A stretch of 60,971 nucleotides of DNA, the filler included. It is 7 parts of 7 records of this genome, joined end to end, with 100 filler letters (N's around TTAATTAATTAA, not from the genome) between each part and the next. Parts side by side here need not be neighbours in the genome. Positions count along the whole stretch, not along the records: positions 39,164 to 49,845 come from DRR723986_11769; positions 49,946 to 60,971 come from DRR723986_11779; 5 more parts are not named here. The stretch is one strand, 5' to 3'. Position 1 is the stretch's first letter, and the number at the start of each line of letters is the position of its first letter. The position numbers and the translations under genes were made by a program. Positions 48,362-57,759 of the stretch are shown here, one piece after another. The notes below the pieces were generated by a model. The model saw only the letters and a list, made by a program, of their open reading frames with translations. It did not search any database and had not been told where the DNA came from.

Positions 48362-49638
48362 CTGAGAGGGGTGCCAAAATGTAAGCGAGGCCCATCACGT
48401 TGACATAGCGGCATTTTTTTAAACGCCGTGGTGGAGCCCGGCAAGATGAATTCGACCATATCCCTCCTTCTGGTCTTCCTGAACCAGTTCTTCATGCCGC
48501 GTCACAACGCGCAACTGAGGCTGCTGAAAGCACAGATCGCGATCTTGCGAGCATGCATCCCGACGCAACGGATTATCCTGTCGCCCGCCGAGAAGGCCGA
48601 ACTGCTGCGCATCGGAGAAGAGTGCGGGCATGATATCGACGGGCTGATGGAAGTGGCCAAGCCCGCCACCTACAAGCGCTGGCTCGCCCAGATTCGTGGT
48701 GGACGCCCCTTTCGGGCCGTGGGGCGGCCGCGCCTGACGCAAGAACTGCGCGACGTCGTCTCCCGCATCGGCTCTGAAAATCTCCTGTGGGGTTACAAGC
48801 GGATCGCAGGCGAGCTGAAAAAGCTGGGGCTCTACGCTGGAGCCAATTCCGTCAAGCGCATCCTGAACGAGGCGGGCATCCACCCGAGCCCTGAGCGGCG
48901 AAGGAAGAAGCCTGCCCTGCCGTGGACAATCTTCATCCGGGCGCACATGGAAACCATGGTCGCCTGTGACTTCTTCTCGAAGACCGTGTTTACGCTGCGA
49001 GGAACGAGGACGGCTTATGCGCTGTTGTTCATCCATCTCGGCAGCCGCCGCGTCTTCTGTAGCGCGCCGACCTATGCCCCGGACTCGGCGTGAGTCACCC
49101 AGCAGGCCCGCAACAGGTTGATGTGGTGCGAAGAACAAGGCATCACGCCGGAGTTCCTGATCCGCGACGCCGACACCAAATTCAGCGCCAGTTTCGATAC
49201 CGTCTGGGAGTCGGAGGCCGCTCGGGTGAGCCAGATCCCGCACAGGGCGCCCGACGCAAACGCATTCGCGGAATCCTTCATCGGCACGATCAAGCGCGAA
49301 TGCCTCGATTTTTTCATCTGCTTCAGCCGGTCCCAGCTCGATTACATCCTGCGGACCTGGGTGCGCCATTACAACGTCGATCGCCCGCATCGTGGGCGAG
49401 ATATCGGGAACAATGTACTGCAAGTCGACTTCAGGCCCACGCGCGACGGCCCGATCCGGCGCAAGCGCCAGCTCGGCGGCATTGTCACATCATACACCCG
49501 CGATGCGGCGTGAATATCAGAGCCAAACAGAAGGTGTAACAGCTTCAGAACCATCTTGCCGAGCTTCGTCACGGACTATAAAAAATCATTCCAAGTCAAA
49601 GTGATGGCGCAACGTATACATTTTGGCACCCCTCTCAG
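48362..49638 (+). mobile_element. Insertion sequence (about 1.28 kb) with an integrase-core DDE transposase and 22-bp perfect terminal inverted repeats
   Basis: CTGAGAGGGGTGCCAAAATGTA (48362-48383) is the exact reverse complement of 49617-49638; imperfect pairing continues inward (CCATCACgTTGAC vs CCATCACtTTGAC). Confidence 0.88.
48428..49513 (+). pseudogene. Integrase-core transposase interrupted by one in-frame TGA
   Basis: ORFs 48428..49093 and 49118..49513 share a frame; WGY.RI.GEL..LG, ACDFF, LIRD.D.KF, N.FAE.FI.TIKRECLD, YN..RPH; the TGA at 49091 sits where Trp of WV.QQARN is expected. Confidence 0.85.
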
Positions 49639-49845
49639 ATAGCGCCAAAGTCGCTCGGCACAGCAAGCGACCGAGACAGGCGGAACTCCCGAGCCGAAGT
49701 GATCGGTTTGAACCGCTTGATTGCGCCAACCTGACCAGCCGACCAAACGCACGATGCCCCCCAGAGCATGAAGAGCGAACACCGTGGTGCCCCTGTTTGC
49801 AGCAGCATTACGGTGCGGTTGCGAGCATAAAACGATGGTCGACCG

Positions 49846-49945
49846 NNNNNNNNNNNNNNNNNNNNNNNNNNNNNNNNNNNNNNNNNNNNTTAATTAATTA
49901 ANNNNNNNNNNNNNNNNNNNNNNNNNNNNNNNNNNNNNNNNNNNN
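49846..49945. other. Artificial contig spacer
   Basis: N run with TTAATTAATTAA. Confidence 0.99.
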
Positions 49946-50347
49946 ACGCTTGTTGATGATTTCCTTCATCTTTTTCTCGATGAGGCCAAGATCTTCGGGG
50001 GTAAACGGGTCTTTGCGGTCAAAGTCGTAGTACCAGCCGTCCTTGATCACCGGGCCGATGGTCACTTTGGTGTCTGGCCAGATTTCTTGCACGGCGCGGG
50101 CCATGATATGTGCCAGATCGTGACGGACCAGTTCGTTGGCTTGGTCTTCGTCGGCCATGGTGTGGATGGCGATATCGGCATCCGCGTCGATCGGCCATGC
50201 CAGATCGTAATGCGCACCGTTCACGGTGGCGCTGATCGCCTTTTTGCCAAGGGATTTGGAGATATCAGCCGCGACTTCGCCCGCAGTGATACCTGCGTCG
50301 TAGCTGCGTGCATTGCCATCGGGAAGGGTGAGAGAGATTTGAGCCAT
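49946..50347 (-). CDS. thrS: Threonine--tRNA ligase (N-terminal part; truncated)
   Basis: TGS domain (ISLTLPDG), [26 protein letters not shown]. Confidence 0.96.
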
Positions 50348-50586
50348 CTTGGGCGCTCCTCGTCAGTTTGGCGCCCACGAGACGCCCGGTTGCGGGTTAT
50401 GTGTGGGCGCTGTTTCGCGCGGCGGGCGGGCAAGGTCAAGGGCTGTGTGACCGCTGTGCTGGATTGCGGGTAGAAAGCCACAGGTGCAGTTGGGCGATGG
50501 ATTGCATCCCAAGGGACGAACAGGTCTAGTTGGCCGTGCAAGACTGCCGCGACGCCGGCAATTCCCAGACGGCGAAGGAGAACAAG

Positions 50587-51408
50587 ATGAACGAAGTGGA
50601 ATGGCAAAATCTCAAGGCGCAGGATCTGCGCCGTTTGGCCGATGAAAATGCGGTGGTGATCCTGCCCGTGGCCTCGATTGAACAGCATGGCCCACATCTG
50701 CCTACGATGACTGACACGCGGCTCGGCCATGAAGTGGCCATTCGCGCGGCCCGCAAAGCCAGTGACACCCGGCCGGTGGTTGTCACCCCCGTGGTCTGGT
50801 CGGGGCTGTCAGAGCATCACATGCCTTTTGGCGGGACACTCACCATCAGCCATGCAACGTTCCGCGCCTTGATCAAGGATCTGATCGTGTCGATCACCCG
50901 GCACGGATTTCGCGATATCCTGATCTCCAATTCTCACGGCGGCAATATCGTTGCCACGCATCAGATCTGTGACGAACTGGCACCGGATGTGGACGCAACA
51001 CTGGTTGCCACCACCTATCCGGCAGAGGCGGCAGAAGAATTGCGCGGCATTCTTGAGGATCAGGACGGTATGCAACACGCCTGCGAGGCGGAAACCGCAA
51101 TGATGATGGCGCTGGAAGGGGATCTGGTGGATAGCAGCGATCTGGCGTCATTGGCCAGCAAAGCGGTTGATGGGCCAAGCTTTCTCAGGGCGGGCAAGGC
51201 GTCGTATCGCTGGCGGCCCTTCACCCATTTGACGGGCAATGGCGTGGCTGGCAATCCGGCGCGGGCCACTGCCTATAAGGGCGAGCGGCTGATCGAGGTG
51301 AGCGCGGATGCCCTCGCGGCGATGATCACTGATCCCGACACATGGGCCGCGCCCGAAGATCTGCGAGCAGATGGCGCTGGCGGCGTGGCATTCCGGCCCG
51401 GCACTTGA
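50587..51408 (+). CDS. Creatininase/MftE family amidohydrolase
   Basis: LPV.S.EQHGPHLP..TD, G.SEHH..F.GT, NSHGGN, HA.E.ET; AAGGAG RBS. Confidence 0.9.
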   Translation: MNEVEWQNLKAQDLRRLADENAVVILPVASIEQHGPHLPTMTDTRLGHEVAIRAARKASDTRPVVVTPVVWSGLSEHHMPFGGTLTISHATFRALIKDLIVSITRHGFRDILISNSHGGNIVATHQICDELAPDVDATLVATTYPAEAAEELRGILEDQDGMQHACEAETAMMMALEGDLVDSSDLASLASKAVDGPSFLRAGKASYRWRPFTHLTGNGVAGNPARATAYKGERLIEVSADALAAMITDPDTWAAPEDLRADGAGGVAFRPGT

Positions 51409-51467
51409 GGATGCGGGGCGTTGCCCTAACTGATTGAGCCTCACACGCCAGCCAAAACGGACCGCCC

Positions 51468-52727
51468 ATGACCCATCCGCCCAGCCAGCAGACCTTTGCC
51501 GCAATCACCGGGGCAGAAGACGCCGTGCAAGACATTGATCAAGCCGAGGCCCGCAATGGGCTGCGGCATGTGACGTCTTTGTCAATGACCAAGGTTGCGG
51601 ATGGTCTGATTGACCCAAAGCTGGTGTTGGCGTGGCTTCTCACGGCACTCGGCGCACCTGCGGTCTATGCCGGTGCGCTTGTCCCGATCCGGGAGGCCGG
51701 GGCGCTGTTGCCGCAAATGCCGCTGGCGGCTTGGGTGCAGGGGATGGCACGGCGCAAATGGGCCTGGGTGATCGGCAGCGCCGGGCAGGGGATCGCGGCT
51801 GGATTGATCGTGCTGGCCGCATTGTTTCTCGAAGGTGCCGCGGCGGGCATTGCCATCTGTGCGGCCCTTGCCGGGCTGGCGTTGTGCCGCGCGGCCTGTT
51901 CGGTGTCCTACAAGGATATTCTGGGGAAAACTGTCGCCAAAACCCGGCGCGGGGCGGTGACGGGGCTTGCCGGATCTGTCGCTTCTGTTGCGGTGTTGGT
52001 TTTTGCGGGGCTGCTGCTGTCGGGCCTTGTGCAGAACCGCGCGGCGATCATCCTGGCCATCGCGCTGGCGGCGGGCCTTTGGCTGGCTGCGGCGCTTTTG
52101 TTTTCAAGCCTTGAAGAAGCGCCAAGCGAGGCGAGCGCAGCAAACTCAGCCGGATTTGCGGTGTTGCGCGGCAACGCCGATCTGCGCCGGTTTGTTTTGG
52201 TGCGGGGTCTCTTGGTCTCGACCGCGTTGGCGCCGCCCTATCTGGTGATCCTTGCCGGACAGTCACAGGGCAGCGGCCTAGGACAGCTTGGCGCATTGGT
52301 TCTGGCCTCGGCGCTGGCCTCCTTGATCAGTTCCTATGTTTGGGGCCGTTTGTCTGACAGGTCCAGCCGCAAGGTTCTGATGCTGGCGGGCGGCACGGGC
52401 GCGGCAGCAATGTGTGCCGCCGTGGGGCTGTGGCTTGCCGGGCTGGCGACAGCATTCTGGGCGATGCCGCTTGTGCTTTTTGTGTTGATGATTGCCTATC
52501 ACGGGGTGCGGCAGGGGCGCTCCACCTATTTGGTCGATCTCGCACCCGCAGATCAAAGGGCGGCCTTTGCCGCAGTGAGCAATACGGTGATCGGCGGTTT
52601 GTTGTTATTGGCCGGAGTGATCGGCGGCGGCGCGGCGATGATCGGGCCGCAGGCGACCTTGGTGGTTTTTGCGGCCATGGCCGTGGCTGCGGCAGCTGTG
52701 GCCAAAGGGCTGCCTGAGGTCGAATAG
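51468..52727 (+). CDS. MFS-type membrane protein
   Basis: About 11-12 hydrophobic segments; WGRLSDRSSRK loop motif. Confidence 0.8.
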   Translation: MTHPPSQQTFAAITGAEDAVQDIDQAEARNGLRHVTSLSMTKVADGLIDPKLVLAWLLTALGAPAVYAGALVPIREAGALLPQMPLAAWVQGMARRKWAWVIGSAGQGIAAGLIVLAALFLEGAAAGIAICAALAGLALCRAACSVSYKDILGKTVAKTRRGAVTGLAGSVASVAVLVFAGLLLSGLVQNRAAIILAIALAAGLWLAAALLFSSLEEAPSEASAANSAGFAVLRGNADLRRFVLVRGLLVSTALAPPYLVILAGQSQGSGLGQLGALVLASALASLISSYVWGRLSDRSSRKVLMLAGGTGAAAMCAAVGLWLAGLATAFWAMPLVLFVLMIAYHGVRQGRSTYLVDLAPADQRAAFAAVSNTVIGGLLLLAGVIGGGAAMIGPQATLVVFAAMAVAAAAVAKGLPEVE

Positions 52728-52844
52728 CCACGGTGCCTGCGTCAAATGATCCACAGGGATGGATTGACTGCGACGCATCAGGCTATATTTACGACATGGG
52801 GGCCGTGCAACGCAGCCCCGACCTTTCCTTGGGGGACAAGCAGA

Positions 52845-53090
52845 ATGGCAAGCTACAATCGCAACTTTGACCTGTCGGTCAGTGACGTTGAATTGATCGA
52901 AGAGGCGCTGCGCGCGCGGGGCCGTGAGCTGAGCAAGATGCGGCTGGCGTTGGGCAATCAGGACCCGGCGGATATTGAATCGATCCGGGTGATCGAGGCC
53001 GACCAACGCGCGGGCGAAGAGCTGTTGGGCCGCATGCATGATCAAAAGGTTTTTTATCGCCCCAAGGCAGCCACCTATATCGGCGGCTGA
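52845..53090 (+). CDS. Small hypothetical protein (Roseobacter type)
   Basis: MASYNRNFDLSVSD.ELIE.ALR...LLGR.H.QKVFYRP...YIGG; GGGGGA RBS. Confidence 0.7.
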   Translation: MASYNRNFDLSVSDVELIEEALRARGRELSKMRLALGNQDPADIESIRVIEADQRAGEELLGRMHDQKVFYRPKAATYIGG

Positions 53091-53160
53091 ACCGATGTTC
53101 TGATGTGGTTGCCCTCCGCCCCGGTGCGGCGCATGATGGCGCAAAACACCGGGGGCGCAG

Positions 53161-53913
53161 ATGGGCGACACTTCTTTTTTGACCACCAGACAGGGCCGCA
53201 AACTGGCCTATCACCTGACCCAGGGGCGCGGTCCTTGCGTGGTATTTCTGGGCGGTCTCAAATCCGACATGATGGGCACCAAGGCGGTGTTTCTTGAAGA
53301 ATGGGCGCAGGCACAGGGCCGCGCCTTTTTGCGTTTTGACTACTCCGGTCATGGCGAATCCTCCGGCGACTTCACGGATGGCTGTATCGGGGATTGGGCC
53401 GAAGACACGGCAGAGGCAGTGGCCGAGTTGACCGAAGGGCCAATCTTGCCTGTCGGGTCTTCCATGGGCGGCTGGCAGGCCCTTTTGCTGGCGCGGGCGA
53501 TGCCTGAACGGTTGGTAGGTTTGGTGACCATCGCTGCCGCGCCGGATTTCACCGAAGACGGCTATTGGGCCAATTTCACCGAGGCGCAAAAACAACAACT
53601 GGCAGAGGCCGGGCAGGTCGAACTGCCGTCCGATTATATGGAGCCTTACATCATCACGGGCCGGATGATTGAGGATGGGCGCAAGCAATTGGTGTTGCGC
53701 GATGATCTGGTTCTGCCGTTTCCGGTACGGTTCCTTCAAGGCACGGCTGACACCGCTGTCAGTGTCGAAACGGCGGTGCGGCTGCTTGAACATGCCACAG
53801 GGCCGGACATGCAGCTTAAGTTGGTCAAGGACGCCGATCACCGGTTTTCGGACGGGCCGTGCCTTGATCTTATTCTTGGTGCCATTGAAGAGGTTTTGGC
53901 AGCTAATATTTGA
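53161..53913 (+). CDS. Alpha/beta hydrolase
   Basis: RFDYSGHG.S, nucleophile GSSMGG, QG..D..V, DHRFS. Confidence 0.9.
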   Translation: MGDTSFLTTRQGRKLAYHLTQGRGPCVVFLGGLKSDMMGTKAVFLEEWAQAQGRAFLRFDYSGHGESSGDFTDGCIGDWAEDTAEAVAELTEGPILPVGSSMGGWQALLLARAMPERLVGLVTIAAAPDFTEDGYWANFTEAQKQQLAEAGQVELPSDYMEPYIITGRMIEDGRKQLVLRDDLVLPFPVRFLQGTADTAVSVETAVRLLEHATGPDMQLKLVKDADHRFSDGPCLDLILGAIEEVLAANI

Positions 53914-53928
53914 TAAGGAACGAATAAA

Positions 53929-54357
53929 TTGGATCAACGTATTTCCCTGATCACTCTGGGCGCCAAAGACCCCACCGCATTGGCGGCGTTTTATGACGCC
54001 CTCGGATGGTCGCGTGAGGACAGCCCCGATGGGGTCATTGCCTATGATCTGATTGGTCAGACCTTGGGAATTTACCCGCTGGAAAAACTTGCCGAAGACA
54101 TTGGTCTGCCGCCCGAAGAATTGGGGCGCGGCGCAGCAACCTTTTCCTACAACGTGCCGAACAAGGAAGATGTTGCACCACTTTTGGCTGCGGCAGAGGC
54201 TGCGGGCGGGCGTATCCTGAAACCGGCACATGATATCTTCTGGGGCGGTCACATCGGATACTTCGCCGATCCCGAAGGGCACATCTGGGAAGTCGCGCAC
54301 AACCCGTTCTCTGCGCTGGGGCCAAAGGGCGAGTTTCGCTGGAACGGATACGGCTGA
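53929..54357 (+). CDS. VOC/glyoxalase family protein
   Basis: ISLITLG, FY..LGW, FWGG..GYFADPEGH.WEVAHNP; TTG start with AAGGA RBS. Confidence 0.88.
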   Translation: MDQRISLITLGAKDPTALAAFYDALGWSREDSPDGVIAYDLIGQTLGIYPLEKLAEDIGLPPEELGRGAATFSYNVPNKEDVAPLLAAAEAAGGRILKPAHDIFWGGHIGYFADPEGHIWEVAHNPFSALGPKGEFRWNGYG

Positions 54358-54992
54358 TGCGCAAACCGGCCAGCATGTGGAGCCTTGAAACCTTTGGCCG
54401 GGTGCGTCTGTCCAGATATTTCTACATGCGGGACTTTATGTATTCGGAAATCTCGGGGTTTCACGGGGTGCCGAATGTGCCGGAAAACCCCGATCTGGTG
54501 ATTGAGAATGGCAAGGCGTTTTGCACGTCTCTACTTGACCCCTTGGAACAGACCTTTGGCCGGGTGGCTGTGCGGTCGGGCTATCGGTCGCCGGAATTGA
54601 ACCGGTACGGCAACGAGAACCGGCTGAATTGCGCCCGCAACGACAACCCGCTGGAGTGCCATATCTGGGATCGCGGTGTTGGCGATGCGGCCATTGCCGG
54701 TGCCTCTCTGGTGATCCCCTGGTTTGCGGACCGCTATGCCGAGGGGCGGGACTGGCGTGATCTGGCGTGGTGGATACATGACCATCTGCCCTATTCAGAG
54801 ATGTGGTTTTTCCCCAAGCTGGCGGCGTTCAACCTTGTCTGGCGGCCCAAACCGCTGCGCACAATCTCCAGCTATATCGCGCCGCGTGGCACGCTTCTGC
54901 GGGCCGGAGAAACGCCAATGATCACCTTCGCGGAGCGGCAGAAATCCTATGCTGATTTTCCACCATTCAAAGGCATTGCTTTGCCACTTTGA
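54357..54992 (+). CDS. Hypothetical protein, peptidase M15A-like fold
   Basis: RLSRYF...DF.YSE, N.P, LLDPL...FG.V.VRSGYRSP.LN; TGATG overlap with the VOC gene. Confidence 0.55.
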   Translation: MRKPASMWSLETFGRVRLSRYFYMRDFMYSEISGFHGVPNVPENPDLVIENGKAFCTSLLDPLEQTFGRVAVRSGYRSPELNRYGNENRLNCARNDNPLECHIWDRGVGDAAIAGASLVIPWFADRYAEGRDWRDLAWWIHDHLPYSEMWFFPKLAAFNLVWRPKPLRTISSYIAPRGTLLRAGETPMITFAERQKSYADFPPFKGIALPL

Positions 54993-55090
54993 CACGCGCC
55001 GCATTGCGGGACGGCCTGCGCGTGCTATAGCTAGGAAAACAGGCAGGCAGGGCAAAATGACCCAATATTCAAGTGATTGCATGGTGATCT

Positions 55091-55801
55091 ATGGCTGAGC
55101 CGCTGGTTCTGCTGCCGGGAATGATGTGCGATGCGCGCCTATTTGGCCCGCAGATCGCTGAATTGTCATCGGAAATGCCGATCATGATCGCCCCGGTCAC
55201 CCAAGGCGAGCGGGTGGAGGAAATCGCTTCAGGCTTGCTGGAGGTACTCCCGCAACGGTTTGCCTTGCTGGGCAGTGATCTGGGGGCGGTTGTTGCGATG
55301 GAAATCCTGCGCCGCGCTGAAAACCGTGTGTCGCGGATTGCGCTCATGGGGGCCAATCCGCTGGCGGAAACGCCGGTGATGGCGGCCAATCGCGAGCCCG
55401 AGATCGTCAAGGCACGGTCCGGGCGGATGGCCGAAGTGATGCGCACCGCGCTGTCGCCTGATTGTCTGGCTCCGGGTCCACAGCGGATCGAAGTGATGGC
55501 ATTGGTGGCGGATATGGCCGAAGTGCTGGGTGCGGATGTGTTTATCCGGCAATCGCGGGCGATGCAGCGGAGGCGGGATCAGCAGGCGGTCTTGCGCAAA
55601 TGCAAAGTGCCTGCGCTGGTGCTGTGCGGGGCGCATGATGCGTTGTGTCCGGTCAAACGGCACAGCTTTATGGCGGAGCTGATCCCGGCGGCCAAGCTGA
55701 CGGTGTTGGAACATTCCGGCCATTACCCGATGTTGGAACAGCCGATGGAAACCACCGCGGCGCTGCGCGAATGGATGGGGCTTCCGGTGATCTTGCGGTA
55801 G
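55091..55801 (+). CDS. Alpha/beta fold hydrolase
   Basis: LLPGMMCD..LF, G.DLG..VA (GxSxG position altered), CG..D.LCP, SGH.P.LEQP. Confidence 0.85.
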   Translation: MAEPLVLLPGMMCDARLFGPQIAELSSEMPIMIAPVTQGERVEEIASGLLEVLPQRFALLGSDLGAVVAMEILRRAENRVSRIALMGANPLAETPVMAANREPEIVKARSGRMAEVMRTALSPDCLAPGPQRIEVMALVADMAEVLGADVFIRQSRAMQRRRDQQAVLRKCKVPALVLCGAHDALCPVKRHSFMAELIPAAKLTVLEHSGHYPMLEQPMETTAALREWMGLPVILR

Positions 55802-55808
55802 AGTGACG

Positions 55809-56378
55809 TCAGCCTGTGAGGTTTCTGCGGGTTTCCTGCGGCAGGACCGTTGCGGGGGCCGTGGGCATTCGGGTTTTGAGGTCAAAAAAGGGCGTGCTTT
55901 TCCAACGGCCGGTCAGCCGGGCGATCAAACCGCGCCAAAGAACACCCCCAACCAATGCCATTTTTCCCTGATGTTGGCGGGTGCCATCGGGCTCAGGGAC
56001 AAAGGCTTGCGCTTTCACCGGCCCGATCACGGTGGCGTCTGCCAAGCGCCGGGTGACAAGTGCGGCCAATGGTAAATTGGGACTGCGAAGTGTGGTGAAA
56101 AGCGCCGCGTTGCAGCATGACGCCTGCCAGCGCAGGATGTTTTTGGGTCCAAAAGAGAACGCCGCCAGCCGGTCTTGCCCTTGCTGAAAGCTGATTTTGT
56201 CCGGTGTTGTCTGAAACAGGGTCACGCCCTGATCACCGGGATCAGGATCGCCTGTATAGATCATCGCGGCCCGGCACGAGCTGCAAAAACAGCGGACATG
56301 AGTACCCGCATCGGGGGCCGCATCATGCAAGGTGCCTTTCACCTGACCGCATCGGCAGGAGAAAGGCAGATCGGTCAA
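55809..56378 (-). CDS. GFA-like (DUF6151-type) Zn-binding protein
   Basis: CRCG.V.G, C.C..CR, LRW.A.CC...LF motifs; coupled to the phaZ stop. Confidence 0.7.
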   Translation of the reverse strand: MTDLPFSCRCGQVKGTLHDAAPDAGTHVRCFCSSCRAAMIYTGDPDPGDQGVTLFQTTPDKISFQQGQDRLAAFSFGPKNILRWQASCCNAALFTTLRSPNLPLAALVTRRLADATVIGPVKAQAFVPEPDGTRQHQGKMALVGGVLWRGLIARLTGRWKSTPFFDLKTRMPTAPATVLPQETRRNLTG

Positions 56379-56382
56379 TGGA

Positions 56383-57654
56383 TCAGGCCGCCTTGGTTTT
56401 CTTGGCTGGCTTTGCGGCTGGTTTGCCTTCGTTGGCGTCGATAAAGTTCAACACCAATGGGCGGATGTTGTTGCGCCAGCTTTTGCCCGCAAAGATGCCG
56501 TAGTGGCCCGCGCCGTCTTCGACGTGATTGGCTTTTTTGCTGTCTGGCAGGCCGGTCAACAGGTCCAGCGCGGCAACACATTGGCCGGGGGCGGAAATGT
56601 CATCCTCGGAGCCTTCAACGGTTTTCACAGCGACGGTGGTGATTTTGCCAATGTCGACTTTCTTGCCTGCAACGGTGAAGTTGTTGCTGGCAATCTCGCC
56701 TGCTTTGAAAATCCGCTCAACCGTAGAAAGATAGAACTCAGCGGTCATGTCCATCACGGCGAGGTATTCGTCGTAGAACTTGTTGTGCTTGTCGTGCTCA
56801 TGCGCCTCATCGCGCATCACCCGCGAAATCTGGTTTTTGAAGGCGTCCATATGGGTTTCGCTGTTCATCGAGATGAAGGAGGCCAATTGCAGGAGGCCAG
56901 GGTAAACCATCCGGCCTACACCTTTGTATTTAAAGCCAACCCGCTGAATCATCGATTCCTCAAGTTGGCCCATCGTGACCCGGCGACCAAAGTCGGTCAC
57001 ATCCGTGGCGGCGGCGTTGGGGTCGATCGGTCCGCCGATCAACGTCAGCGAACGCGGCTGTGCGTCGGGGTCTTCTTCGGCCAGATAGGCGGTTGCCGCC
57101 AATGCCAAGGGGGCAGGCTGGCAGACGGCGATCACATGGGTTTCCGGGCCCAGCTCGCGCAGGTAGTCGACCAGATACAATGTGTAATCTTCGATATCGA
57201 ACTTGCCAGCGCTGACAGGAATGTCACGCGCGTTGTGCCAATCTGTAATGTAGACGTCACAATCAGGCAGCAAGCTGATCACGGTGGAGCGCAGCAAAGT
57301 GGCGTAGTGGCCAGACATCGGTGCGACCAGCAGAACGCGGCGCTTTTTGTCGGTGCGGCCCTGAACGCGGAAATGGATAAGATCGCCAAAGTCGCCTTCA
57401 ACCACGGTTTCGGTTGTCACCAGCCGGTCCTGACCATTGGCGCCAACAAAGGGAGGAATGTTCCAGTCGGGTTTCATCACCATGCGCGAAAACGTACGTT
57501 CCGTCACTTCGCCCCAGGCGGCCATCCATTCAAGCGTAGGGTTTGGAAACATCGAAAAAGCAGGGTAGGATGCCATAGCAAGTGCAGAGGCGCCGAGCCA
57601 TTGATTGGTGTTCCGAAAGGTTTCCATCAGGTCGTAAGTAGCCATGTAACGCAT
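56383..57654 (-). CDS. phaZ: Intracellular polyhydroxyalkanoate depolymerase
   Basis: VAPMSGHYATLLR, ITDW.NAR, AVCQP catalytic Cys, FYDEYLAV.D, EG..DDI, GHYG.F.G; GAGG RBS. Confidence 0.94.
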   Translation of the reverse strand: MRYMATYDLMETFRNTNQWLGASALAMASYPAFSMFPNPTLEWMAAWGEVTERTFSRMVMKPDWNIPPFVGANGQDRLVTTETVVEGDFGDLIHFRVQGRTDKKRRVLLVAPMSGHYATLLRSTVISLLPDCDVYITDWHNARDIPVSAGKFDIEDYTLYLVDYLRELGPETHVIAVCQPAPLALAATAYLAEEDPDAQPRSLTLIGGPIDPNAAATDVTDFGRRVTMGQLEESMIQRVGFKYKGVGRMVYPGLLQLASFISMNSETHMDAFKNQISRVMRDEAHEHDKHNKFYDEYLAVMDMTAEFYLSTVERIFKAGEIASNNFTVAGKKVDIGKITTVAVKTVEGSEDDISAPGQCVAALDLLTGLPDSKKANHVEDGAGHYGIFAGKSWRNNIRPLVLNFIDANEGKPAAKPAKKTKAA

Positions 57655-57759
57655 GAAGGGTGTCCTCGTTGTAAGCCCGGTGCCAGTTATTTTGTCACAG
57701 TCCTCAAAGCGAGGCGTGATGTTATGCTGCAGGTGCGAAGATAGGAGCAAAAGGTTAAG

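Noticed and set aside
49091-49093. Selenocysteine or alternative genetic code at the transposase TGA
   Set aside because: The position corresponds to Trp, not Cys, and the same ORF uses TGG for its other Trp codons and ends in TGA; a simple nonsense mutation is more parsimonious.
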